This document shows positions 20,748 through 31,381 of a DNA stretch of 33,654 nucleotides, piece after piece. The notes under the pieces are model-generated. The model was not told the DNA's origin, did not search any database, and saw only the letters and a list, made by a program, of their open reading frames with translations. Position 1 is the stretch's first letter, and the number at the start of each line of letters is the position of its first letter. The translations under genes were made by a program, and so were the position numbers. Source of the DNA: Octopus bimaculoides. Lineage: Eukaryota. The stretch is taken from positions 17,739,204-17,772,857 of the forward strand of contig NC_068984.1 of the NCBI RefSeq assembly GCF_001194135.2, written 5' to 3'.

Positions 20748-20905
20748 ACAGGTGTTGCTGTGTAGTTAAGAGGTTCCTTTCCCAGCCACATGGCTTCAGG
20801 TTCAATCCCACACCATGTGACCTTCAGCAAATATCTTCTACTATAGCCCCAGGCTGGCCATCTAGTAAGTGGATTTGGGAGACAGAAACTGAAAGAAACA
20901 CATTA
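20748..20905 (+). mobile_element. Degraded 5' half of a family-B-like SINE followed by (ACAT)n
   Basis: GGTTCAATCCC B box, TCTTCTACTATAGCC and GAAACTGAAAGAA motifs shared with 24117-24280. Confidence 0.75.
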
Positions 20906-20930
20906 CATACATACATACATACATACATAC

Positions 20931-21408
20931 CGTAATTGAACCAAATTCAATGACTGGCACCTGTGCCAGTGGAGTGCTAACAGCACCATCCGAGCGTGAT
21001 CATTGCCAGAGCAGCTGTCTGGCTTCTGTGTCAGTGGCACATAAATAGCATCATTTGAGCGTGATCATTACCAGCATCGCCTTACTGGCACTTGTGCCGG
21101 TGACACGTGAAAAAACATTCGAGCGAGGTCATTGCCAGTACCGCTGGACTGGCTCCTGTGCTGGTGGCATGTAAAAAACACCATTTGAGCATGGCCGTAG
21201 CCAGTACCGCCTGACTGGCCCTCATGCTGGTGGCACGTAAAAGCACCTAGTACACTCTCAGAGTGGTTGGCGTTAGGAAGGGCATCCAGCTGTAGAAAAT
21301 CTGCCAAATCAGATTGGAGCCTGGTGCAGCCATCTGGTTCGCCAGTCCTCAGTCAAATCATCCAACCCATGCTAGTATGGAAAGTGGACGTTAAACAATG
21401 ATGATGAT
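20931..21408 (+). mobile_element. Longest family-A SINE in the window, with five ~63-66-bp internal units, inserted in (ACAT)n
   Basis: Units begin CTGGC at 20954 and recur to about 21247; canonical 3' part follows. Confidence 0.92.
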
Positions 21409-21447
21409 ACATACACACATACATACATACATACATACATACATACA

Positions 21448-21478
<31 letters not shown>

Positions 21479-21522
21479 GGTACCCAGAGCCTCCACTGGC
21501 TCTGCAAGTTAAATTAGGTTAT

Positions 21523-21532
21523 ATACATACAT

Positions 21533-21563
<31 letters not shown>

Positions 21564-21630
21564 TGGATAGATGAATGGATGAATGGATGAATTGATGAAT
21601 GGATGGATAGATAGATGGTTAGACAGATAG
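21523..21630. repeat. (ACAT)/(GACA)/(GATG) tetranucleotide mosaic
   Basis: Directly visible. Confidence 0.9.
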
Positions 21631-21872
21631 TTATATTATCATCATTAACAGGAGATTGGCCAGTGGGAGGGCTGGACCAGGCTCCAATTGTCCATCTTGG
21701 CATGGTTTCTATGCCTGGATGTCTTTCCTAACATCAGCTATTTTATAGAGTATAGTGGGTGCTTTTCACATGGGTGCTTTATATGTAGCACCAGTACAGG
21801 TGCTTTCATGTGGTACTGGCATCGGTGCTTCTACATGGCACTGGCATGGATGCATTTTATGTGATGCCAGCA
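21630..21872 (-). mobile_element. Family-A-related SINE, old, with ~25-nt units
   Basis: CCAGGCTCCAAT, GGATGTCTTTCCTAACATC and repeated GGTGCTTT. Confidence 0.7.
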
Positions 21873-22090
21873 GAGAAACCATCTGTAGATATTAGTTTGA
21901 ACATGATTAATAAAGGAATTAAAGACATGATGGCAAAAAGAAAACAAAAAAAAAATGACTCAAATTCTTCATGGATAAGATAAAATAAAACCATAAGCAT
22001 CATCTGATGGAATGATACAAAATTCCATAACTTCTTTGTACTGAAGGCTTGTACTTTGTACTGGAGGATTGGTTTCGAACAAATAAACTT

Positions 22091-23096
22091 TCAGGTCATT
22101 AAGAATGAAATGTCTGATTTTGAACTAAAAGTTTATTTTACTTTATCTCAACAAAAAGCAATGCAGTTAATCAAAGTATGTATCTAAATTATCAACACAA
22201 TTTTGCCATTTTATTGGTAGCTTATGTTTGCCAGAAGCGAAAAATTCTGGAGAGCAAGTAGTGAAGAAATCATGAAAGGCTGTTTTTACATCTTCTTCAG
22301 ATTTGAAGATTTTACCTTGCAAAAAGTTGTCTAATGCCTGGAAAACATGATAGTCAATTGGTGCAAGGTCTGGTGAATATGGTGGATGACAGAGTACTTC
22401 CAAGTTCAGTTCTTGTAACTTGGGTAGTGTTCTTTGTGCAACATGTAGTCGAGTATTGTCTGGCAAGAGAATTGGCCTGTCTCTATTGACCAATCTCGTT
22501 TGTTTAATTGCATATTCACTCATCATTTCATCCATAACAATACAATGCAAAAATGGTTTGCTTTTATGCCGTGACAGCAAAGAACAGCAAGTTTCAAGAC
22601 AACGTGTCATTTGATACTCGTTCAGTTCATGTGGTACCCACCTGTCCAGCTTCTTTACCTTGCCAATTTGTTTCAGATGGTCCAATACAGTTGGAATTGA
22701 AACATCAAACCTTGCTGCTAATTCATGCATAGAGATGTATCCGCTTCCACTACAGTTTCCAGCTCATCATTATCCACCTTGGTCTCAGATCTATCACGGG
22801 GCTGATCTTCACCAAACACCTCATTGATGTTTCAAGATGTCTGGGATGTATTGGTTCCACGACGGAACTCATATTCATAAACAACACAAATTTTTGATCT
22901 AGCCATGAGTTCACAAAAATTAATTTACAAGAGAAAACTCACAATATAATCAGACACAATGAATTGCATTTCGGAAAGTGATGATGTAACCCTTCACTGC
23001 AGCAAAAACAAAGAATTGTCACCATAAAACATTTGAGTTAATGACTGTCAAATTTGGTGCATAAGAAAATCGGACATTTCATTCTTAATGACCTGA
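22091..23096 (-). mobile_element. mariner (DD34D, Hsmar1/cecropia-like) element, internally deleted
   Basis: 31-bp TIRs TCAGGTCATTAAGAATGAAATGTC(T/C)GATTTT at 22091-22121 and 23066-23096. TA on the right flank, TT on the left. Confidence 0.92.
22167..22906 (-). pseudogene. mariner transposase pseudogene
   Basis: MARSKICVVYEYEFRRGT start; WVPHEL and HPPYSPDLAP motifs; D34D spacing intact; stop at 22832-22834; frameshift near 22735; two internal deletions. Confidence 0.92.
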
Positions 23097-24116
23097 TAAA
23101 AGTACCATCAACCAGCTTTACCATTTTCTTTAGCTTTACATCTTATTATTTATTTCTTTTAATGATTTTGACTAAGGGAAAAGATGGTGTCCAGGGCTTC
23201 CACTGGCCCTGCAAGTTAAATTAAGTTATTTAAGAAGAACCATTGTCAAGTAACACAAAGTTTGTATTACTGCTTAGCCTTAGATGAGAGCTGAATATAC
23301 AGACCTATGATCAAAAGGTGTTCTTGTCCTGCCCATAGCACACCTAAGATTACATTGTCAAATAAATCATTCCTTTTTTTTAAGACAGTAGGATGTGACT
23401 TAAGGTAGGTAAGCTTAGCTTCTATTTCTAGCAACTTGAAACAAAACAGTGTTGCCCTGTAGTTTAGTGCGGTGTCTGGTTGTATTTGATACTCAGTATT
23501 GCAAGCAAAATGGAGATGCTGAATTCGGTAGAATTATGTTTAGTTAATTCACTTGGTACTAAGCTTCCATGTGGTTGATATAAGGTAGGGGTAATTGGAC
23601 AGCAGTGAGTGTCTGGGAAATGCTAGGAGGGGACAACGTTGATACTGTCAACATGTGAGGCTGATGGATTGTGACAAGGTCACGCATATACAAAGGTAAA
23701 ATGAACCAGATGAGAGGATAGAGCCTCGTATTATTCTGTTCAGGAAATTACAAATTCAGAATCTGTTGTTATTGTACTCCACATAGACTTACAAGGACTG
23801 ATCAAAAAGTATCAGGACTATTGTTATAAAAAGGAAAAGTCCAACACATATCAATTCAGCATTCAATCTTCTTCGGAGTAGTCCCCTTCTGAAGTCACAC
23901 ACTTTATCCAGCATTGTTTCCTTTAATGGAAGTGTAAAGGACTGTGTGATCAGGAGATGGTGACAAGGAATGGCTCCTTTAGGCCATCACACAGTCAATA
24001 CAAATAAAAAAACACGAAAAGAGCAATATAAATGAGTATGAGTGCCAAAAAGGAAAAGAGAGACACAACCAGTAGAAGGTTTAAGAGAAGATTTTATTGA
24101 TATGTCAACATGTATA

Positions 24117-24525
24117 GGCGTAGGAGTGGCTGTGTGGTAAGTAGCTTGCTTACAAACCACATGGTTCTGGGTTCAGTCCCACTGCGTGGCACCTTGGGCA
24201 AGTGTCTTCTACTATAGCCTTGGGCCGACCAAAGCCTTGTGAGTGGATTTGGTAAACGGAAACTGAAAGAAGCCCGTCGTATATATGTATATATATGTAT
24301 GTGTGTGTATATGTTTGTATGTCTGTGTTTGTCCCACCAACATCGCTTGAAAACTGATGCTGGTGTGTTTACGTCCCCGTAACTTAGCGGTTCAGCAAAA
24401 GAGACCGATAGAATAAGTACTAGGCTTCCAAACAATAAGTCCTGGGGTCGATTTGCTCGACTAAAGGCGGTGCTCCAGCATGGCCACAGTCAAATGACTG
24501 AAACAAGTAAAAGAGTAAAAGAGTA
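24117..24525 (+). mobile_element. Family-B composite tRNA-SINE, full length
   Basis: GGCGTAGGAGTGGCTGTGTGG head; colinear with 10911-11320. Confidence 0.92.
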
Positions 24526-24544
24526 TTATGCCTGTGTGTGGGAG

Positions 24545-25339
24545 TGTGACATAATAAACACTATAATAGACAGGCCGTCATGTAAACAAAGTGTATGTGC
24601 AAAAACTTGTGTGTGTGTGAGGAATATAGAGCATAGAAAAGAGTCTATAATGAAGTTAGAAGAATGTCCAGACACAAGGATGGAAAATACCAGTTCGTAG
24701 TCAAGGTACACAGTGGTTGAAGTGCTGAATCAAGAAGTTGTGACAGCAAGGCAGAGCCAAGAAAAGATACTGTCGCACGAGAAATTGCGGCTTTGATCCT
24801 GCGGCCGCTTACTTGGTACAGGAGGTCTCACAGGTTGTACTCGCTGTTAACCATGGTGAAGCATTTCACTAACAGTGTTGAGAGAACCTGTGCAGGTGCT
24901 GTTGGTGGTGTATACGTAGTGAAGTTGGTGTTGACGCTAAGAAGCTGGAAGTGGTGACAAAGATGGAGTTGCAGTAAGCTGTTAAACGAAGTGTTGACGA
25001 GTCTCCATGTGTTGTGTTGTGTCGTGTCATCACTGGAACTGGCTGTGTGCTCTGGTCAGCGGCTTGACCTCGGAAGGTCTGAAGCCAACTGACTGACTGT
25101 GACGGTGAAAAGCTAGCTATTTATAATATCCTATCAACTCAAACAGGGGTTCGGAAAGACAGTCCTACGTAACCTTATCTGAAGGCTGCAATTGGTTGGG
25201 TTGCACCCTGGTGCGAAATAAAACAGGAGACAAAAATGTGCCAATACCAACCAATCAGAGTGGTGGACACAACAGGGTCCAAAGATGCGGCTGAAGGCTA
25301 GTGGTTATCGACTACGTCGGTTTCCATGTATATATAACA
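24545..25339 (-). mobile_element. Putative solo LTR (left boundary uncertain; may extend to about 23940)
   Basis: TG...CA ends, CpG-richer than the flanks, no ORF, promoter-like motifs. No clean TSD (GGGAG vs GAAAG). Confidence 0.4.
25087..25125 (-). promoter_or_regulatory. TATA box (TATAAATA) with initiator-like TCAGTC/TCAGTT about 31-35 nt downstream, within the putative LTR
   Basis: TATTTATA at 25118-25125, GACTGA at 25091-25096, AACTGA at 25087-25092. CCAAT/ATTGG motifs near 25190 and 25252. Confidence 0.4.
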
Positions 25340-26232
25340 GAAAGAGAGAGAAATATGCTACGGAAGCATTTCTGGACTCCTTTTTTGAGATAATGAACAG
25401 CTGCCTCATTGCATTCTCTTAAATTTCCTTGAAGTCTTGAAATCCTTTAAAGAGGAATTCCTTTCAAACCTTGGTTTTGGGATCGTAGCCATTGACCCAT
25501 GATTCATCACCTGTTAGGACTGTTTTCAAAAAGTTTTCATCTTCCTCGACATGATCAAGGAAATCCTGCACAACTGAAACTCAATCTCCTTCTTGAGATG
25601 ATCACACTCTACACACTTTAATTCCAAGCACTAATGAAAGTACGTGAGAATTTTATAGCTTAGCGTGCATAAGTTTAAGATCAATCTGTACCAGGTGGCT
25701 TCACTCTGCTTACTTTAGCTTTGTTGCCATAACAAAAGTCCTGATATTTTTTTTATCAGACCTTATATATAAATTTGTGTGTTCTTTTTAACAATTGCTT
25801 TGAGTTTTCTTTACAGATAGGAAAGATAAAAAGGTGTCAAAATCTTTGCTGAAATCTAAGGTAGTTAAAATGACAAATAATAAAAATACTAAAAATTTTG
25901 TTCAATATTATCTTAACAACATTCACAGCACACAAAGATGACATTGTTAAGAAAGCAAAGCAATGCATAAATATTGTAATGATACTCGTGGACATCACAT
26001 TTGGTGAGCATAAAGAAACAACCATGTTAGCATATAAGCAATAAATTAGACACAGCATAACGCTTCTCTCTGCTTTCACCAATCTTTCTGCCAAAAAGAA
26101 AAAAACTCACACCTAACTATAATTATCATGAAATAGTGCATTTTGCATCTATACAGGCTGCGCATACAGATCCTACGCACAGATCACCTACAAAATGAAA
26201 CAACAGATTCATAAAATGAATATCAACTACTG

Positions 26233-27113
26233 CAGTGGTTCCCAAAGTGGGCAGTACTGCCCCCCTGGGAGTGGTGGAAAGACTCAGAAGGGTGTTGAAC
26301 AAAAGTGGGGTGATAATGGGGTGGCCATAATGCGGCAATGGATGTAAAAAAAAAGCCCCAAAATAACGGGTTAATTAAGTTAACTTTTATTTGTGAAATA
26401 TTGTTGCTTTGAATTTGCTGCAGAAAGTGGTCGATGTTTGTAGTGGTGAGTCTGGTGTGTGTGTGTNNNNNNNNNNNNNNNNNNNNNNNNNNNNNNNNNN
26501 NNNNNNNNNNNNNNNNGGGGGGGGGGCGCTGGGAATGTGGCCTGGTTGCCAGTGGGGCAGCAGCCTGAAAAGGTTTGGGAACCCAAGTGAGATTATTGCC
26601 AGTGCCGCTGGACTGGCTCCTGTGCAGGTAGCACGTAAAATACACCATTTCGAGCATGGCCATTGCCAGTATCGCCTGACTAGCCTTCGTGCCGGTGGCA
26701 CGTAAAAGCACCCACTACACTCTCGGAGTGTTTGGCGTTAGGAAGGGCATCCAGCTGTAGAAACTCTGCCAAATCAGATTGGAGCCTGGTGTAGCCATCT
26801 GGTTCACCAGTCCTNNNNNNNNNNATCCAGCTGTAGAAACTCTGCCAAATCAGATTGGAGCCTGGTGTAGCCATCTGGTTCACCAGTCCTCAGTCAAATC
26901 GTCCAACCCATGCTAGCATGGAAAGCGGACGTTAAACGATGATGATGATGATGATGATGAAGTTACGTTTTATTTGTGAAATACTGTTGCTTTGAATTTG
27001 CTGCAGAAAGTGGTCGATGTTTGTAGTGGTGAGTCTGGTGTGTGTGTGGGAGCGTTGGGAATGTGGTCTGGGTGCCAATGGGGCAGCAGCCTGAAAAGGT
27101 TTGGAAACCACTG
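26233..27113. mobile_element. hAT/Charlie-type MITE containing a SINE insertion and an internal duplication
   Basis: Ends CAGTGGTTCCCAAA and TTTGGAAACCACTG (13/14 inverted match). The 8-bp flanks do not match each other. Confidence 0.55.
26584..26959 (+). mobile_element. Family-A SINE, well preserved, flanked by ~150-bp direct repeats (10-N gap with artefactual overlap at 26815-26824)
   Basis: Canonical body and (GAT)n tail; flanks 26377-26583 and 26960-27109 are homologous. Confidence 0.9.
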
Positions 27114-27119
27114 ATCTCG

Positions 27120-27200
27120 AGCATTTAGCTGCAGAAAATCTGCCGCAACAAATTCTGTCTGACCTAGGCAAGCATGGGAAAATGAATGTTGAAATAATGA
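27120..27200 (+). mobile_element. Short RTE-tailed SINE fragment of a different subfamily
   Basis: GAAAATCTGCC..AAATTCTGTCTGACCTAGGCAAGCATGGGAAAA followed by a GAT-like tail. Confidence 0.55.
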
Positions 27201-27331
27201 TGGTGAAGATTAGAATGGTTAATTATAGTTAGCAACATGATCAGAGATGTTGTTGATGTAAAGTTTGTTGTGGCTAATAATGAAATAATGATGGTTAGAG
27301 TATTTATGATAATAGTGGTGGNNNNNNNNNN

Positions 27332-27671
27332 CTGATCAACGGAACAGCCTGCTCGGTAAATTAACATGCAAGTGGCTGAGCACTCCACAGACACTTGTAC
27401 CCTTAATGTAGTTCTCGGGGGAGATTCAGCATGACACAGAGTGTGACAAGGCTGGCCCTTTGAAAAACAGTTACAAGAGAAGCAGTAAGAAAGAGTGAGA
27501 GAAAGTTGTGGTGAAAGAGTACAGCAGGGTTCGCCACCATCCCCTGCCGGAGCCTCGTGGAGCTTTAGGTGTTTTCGCTCAATAAACACTCGCAACGCCT
27601 GGTCTGGGAATTGAAACTGTGATCCTATAACTGCAAGTCCGCTGCCCTAACCACCGGGCCATTGTGCCTTC
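27332..27671 (-). mobile_element. Family-C tRNA-SINE (3' end lost in N-gap)
   Basis: Reverse complement of 14718-15110. Confidence 0.9.
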
Positions 27672-27712
27672 ACATAGATAAATAGGTAAATTCTGTAATG
27701 GTTAAACTGAAA

Positions 27713-28035
27713 GCATGTGGTCAAGTGGTTAAGGTATTCAGTTTATGATCATAAAAAGTCATGAGTTCACTACCCAATGACACATTGTGTCCTTGAGCAA
27801 GATTCTTTATTTCATGTTGCTCCAGTCCACTCAGCTGGCAAAAGTGAATCATATCTTGTAATTCAAAAGGGCCAGCCTTGTTACATCTTGTACCATGCTG
27901 AATCTCTCTGAGAACTTCATGAAGGGTACAGGTGTTTGTGGAGTACTCAGCCAGTTGTGCATTAATTTCATGAGCAGACCGTTCTGTTGATTGGGTCAAC
28001 TGGAACATTTGTTGTTGTAACCGAGAGAGTGCCGA
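27713..28035 (+). mobile_element. Family-C2 SINE (tRNA head, GTGTCCTTGAGCAAG CORE/V-like segment, family-C 3' body)
   Basis: TGGTCAAGTGG A box; CAGCCTTGT...GAGAACT...GTGGAGTACTCAGCC...GAGTGCC shared with family C. Confidence 0.8.
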
Positions 28036-28129
28036 TCTTTTTTAATTTCTTTTATTTTGTTTTATTTTTAGATAGATTCTGTGATAGTCAAACTGCAGAA
28101 TAATGATAGTTACTATGGTAACGATGATA

Positions 28130-28135
28130 ATAAAG

Positions 28136-28170
<35 letters not shown>

Positions 28171-29523
28171 GAGAGGAGTAGGAGGAAGATGAGGAAGGAG
28201 GAGGAAGAGGAAGAGGATGAGGAAGTGGAAGAAGAGGAAGAGGATGAGGATGAGGATGAGGAAGAAGAGGAGGAAGTGGAAGAAGAGGAGGAGGAAGAGG
28301 AGGAGGAAGTGGAAGAATAGGAGGAAGAATAGGAGGAAGAATAGGAGGAAGAGGAGGAGGAAGTGGAAGAATTGGAGGAAGAATAGGAGGAAGAATAGGA
28401 GGAAGAACAGGAGGAAGAATAGGAGGAAGAATAGGAGGAAGAGGAGGAAATGGAAGAAGAGGAGGAGGAAGAAGATTGGGAAAAAAAGGCGGAATAAGAA
28501 GGAGGAGGAAGTAAAGAAGGAGGAGGAGGAGGTGGAGGAGGAGGAGGAAGAAGATTGGGAAAAAAAGGCGGAATAAGAAGAAGGAGGAGGAAGNNNNNNN
28601 NNNNNNNNNNNNNNNNNNNNNNNNNNNNNNNNNNNNNNNNNNNNNNNNNNNNNNNNNNNNNNNNNNNNNNNNNNNNNNNNNNNNNNNNNNNNNNNNNNNN
28701 NNNNNNNNNNNNNNNNNNNNNNNNNNNNNNNNNNNNNNNNNNNNNNNNNNNNNNNNNNNNNNNNNNNNNNNNNNNNNNNNNNNNNNNNNNNNNNNNNNNN
28801 NNNNNNNNNNNNNNNNNNNNNNNNNNNNNNNNNNNNNNNNNNNNNNNNNNNNNNNNNNNNNNNNNNNNNNNNNNNNNNNNNNNNNNNNNNNNNNNNNNNN
28901 NNNNNNNNNNNNNNNNNNNNNNNNNNNNNNNNNNNNNNNNNNNNNNNNNNNNNNNNNNNNNNNNNNNNNNNNNNNNNNNNNNNNNNNNNNNNNNNNNNNN
29001 NNNNNNNNNNNNNNNNNNNNNNNNNNNNNNNNNNNNNNNNNNNNNNNNNNNNNNNNNNNNNNNNNNNNNNNNNNNNNNNNNNNNNNNNNNNNNNNNNNNN
29101 NNNNNNNNNNNNNNNNNNNNNNNNNNNNNNNNNNNNNNNNNNNNNNNNNNNNNNNNNNNNNNNNNNNNNNNNNNNNNNNNNNNNNNNNNNNNNNNNNNNN
29201 NNNNNNNNNNNNNNNNNNNNNNNNNNNNNNNNNNNNNNNNNNNNNNNNNNNNNNNNNNNNNNNNNNNNNNNNNNNNNNNNNNNNNNNNNNNNNNNNNNNN
29301 NNNNNNNNNNNNNNNNNNNNNNNNNNNNNNNNNNNNNNNNNNNNNNNNNNNNNNNNNNNNNNNNNNNNNNNNNNNNNNNNNNNNNNNNNNNNNNNNNAAG
29401 AAGAAGAAGAAGAAGAAGAAGAAGAAGAAGAAGAAGAAGAAGGAGAAGAAGAAAGAGGAGAAGAAGAAGAAGAAGAAGAAGAAGAAGAAGAAGGAGAAGA
29501 AGAAGGAGGAGGAGGAGGAGGAG
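28130..29523. repeat. (GAT)n, (GAG/GAA)n and GAGGAAGAATAG units around N-gap 28594-29397
   Basis: Directly visible. Confidence 0.95.
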
Positions 29524-29777
29524 TATAGTGAGAAGGTTGCTTCTCAACAAGACTTACACTTAGTTATTTCACTAATTAACTACACCATTTAGGTCTAGTT
29601 GATTATAATAAACTAACACAACACTACAATAATAACAGAAGACATGAAATGGTTGTGTTCATCTTTTCAAGTCCCTCCTTAAGCATTATGTCTGTTCCTT
29701 CCTCTCTTGAACAACAGGTCTTTGGAATTCTTTCCCTGCATGATTTTCCTGCTTTTACCAACTTGTAACTCCTTTAA

Positions 29778-29995
29778 CCCTTTAGCATTTAAACCGACCA
29801 TATCTGGTCAAAACATCCTGATTGTTCTATTAAAACTGACCAAATCTAGTTTCTTAATTCTATTCTAAAATGTCATTCTAAAAATAAACAGTCACATCGG
29901 GAAAATCTAAAAGCCACGAGATAAAGTATTATTATTTCAGAACTTTGGGAATAAACAAGCATTACATTTCAGGGAGCAGTCTGAATGCTAACTTG
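29778..29995. mobile_element. piggyBac-type MITE, older copy with degraded right TIR
   Basis: TTAA-CCCTTTAGCATTTAAACC start; colinear with 31590-31810. Confidence 0.7.
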
Positions 29996-30654
29996 AATAT
30001 TAAATGCATCAGTTTCACCATTCTTGTAGGGTCTAGTAAAGGCCATAGGTACAGCCTCTTCTTCCAGACCAAACCAGCAACAGATAAATAAATAAATAAA
30101 TGAATGAATGAATGAATGAATAAGTAAATGAATGAATGAAAGTATGAATTGATTAATAAAGATGAAAAGAAAAGCAATGTAACAGAATCTTCAAGTTGAT
30201 TAATCAAGTTAAGAGGGAGTCAATCATTGCAAAGTTTGTGTAAGGTAGGGGTTGTTTAGATATGATGTAAAGAAACTATAGAAGGTAGATCTCTGGTCAC
30301 AACCATATTTCATAGAATTTCAAACTATTGTTTCTAAAGCACTGGTTTGTTTATAAATATCATATGTACTATTAGACGGTTTCAGTATATATGCGTAAAA
30401 TTTGGCTGAAATTGATCGGTGAGTGTTTGGCCCAGTCGGATGCACATGTAACCATGTAAGTGTTGATATGTGGAATCGATTCTGGCTAGGGTTAGCTCAT
30501 CATTTTCCAGTAAATTTGTTTAGATATAAGTATTGCTTTAAATCAAAGAATATATATTATCATTATGTTATATCATTATAGTTATTATTGTACTAATAGA
30601 CTTCCATAGTCGCTTTCTCTCCATAACATACAAAGCCTTCTGATATGTTTATAA

Positions 30655-31108
30655 ATATTATATATATATGTATGTATGTATATATATATATATATATATA
30701 TATNNNNNNNNNNNNNNNNNNNNNNNNNNNNNNNNNNNNNNNNNNNNNNNNNNNNNNNNNNNNNNNNNNNNNNNNNNNNNNNNNNNNNNNNNNNNNNNNN
30801 NNNNNNNNNNNNNNNNNNNNNNNNNNNNNNNNNNNNNNNNNNNNNNNNNNNNNNNNNNNNNNNNNNNNNNNNNNNNNNNNNNNNNNNNNNNNNNNNNNNN
30901 NNNNNNNNNNNNNNNNNNNNNNNNNNNNNNNNNNNNNNNNNNNNNNNNNNNNNNNNNNNNNNNNNNNNNNNNNNNNNNNNNNNNNNNNNNNNNNNNNNNN
31001 NNNNNNNNNNNNNNNNNNNNNNNNNNNNNNNNNNNNNNNNNNNNNNNNNNNNNNNNNNNNNNNNNNNNNNNNNNNNNNNNNNNNNNNNATATATATATAT
31101 ATATATAT
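30655..31108. repeat. (TA)n flanking N-gap 30704-31088
   Basis: Directly visible. Confidence 0.95.
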
Positions 31109-31381
31109 AGTTTTAGGGAAAATAACCAATTTTCAAGAACTTATCGATGAAAATCCACTATCACATATAGAAAAATTAATAATTAAAAGCACAATAAATG
31201 AGTATAATATAAAGTAAAGTAAATATCATAAGATAAAATTCTTGAAAGGCAGGGCCCCAGCATGGCTTCAGTTTAATGGCTGCAACGAATAAAAGTATAA
31301 AAGAGTTATCAGCCGACATCATGTTTTCCTTAGAATTTAGAACATAACCTAAAGACAGGCTGGAAATATTTAGGGAAGGAA

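Larger units (their letters stand above)
23792..25765 (-). mobile_element. Second mariner element (internally deleted, about 570 bp native) split by about 1.4 kb of nested insertions
   Basis: Matching TIRs (CAAGGACTGATCAAAAAGTATCAGGACTATTGTTAT and the reverse complement of 25729-25765) with TA on both sides. Peptides FLKTVLTGDESWVNGYDPKTK (TGDE at 25503-25514) and WIKCVTSEGDYSEED* (stop at 23863-23865). Confidence 0.8.

Noticed and set aside
20954-21247. CRISPR-like appearance of the ~65-bp unit array and of the GATA/insert array at 32.8-33.2 kb
   Set aside because: The units are diverged tandem copies without unique spacers, the context is eukaryotic, there are no cas genes, and the array is part of a SINE.
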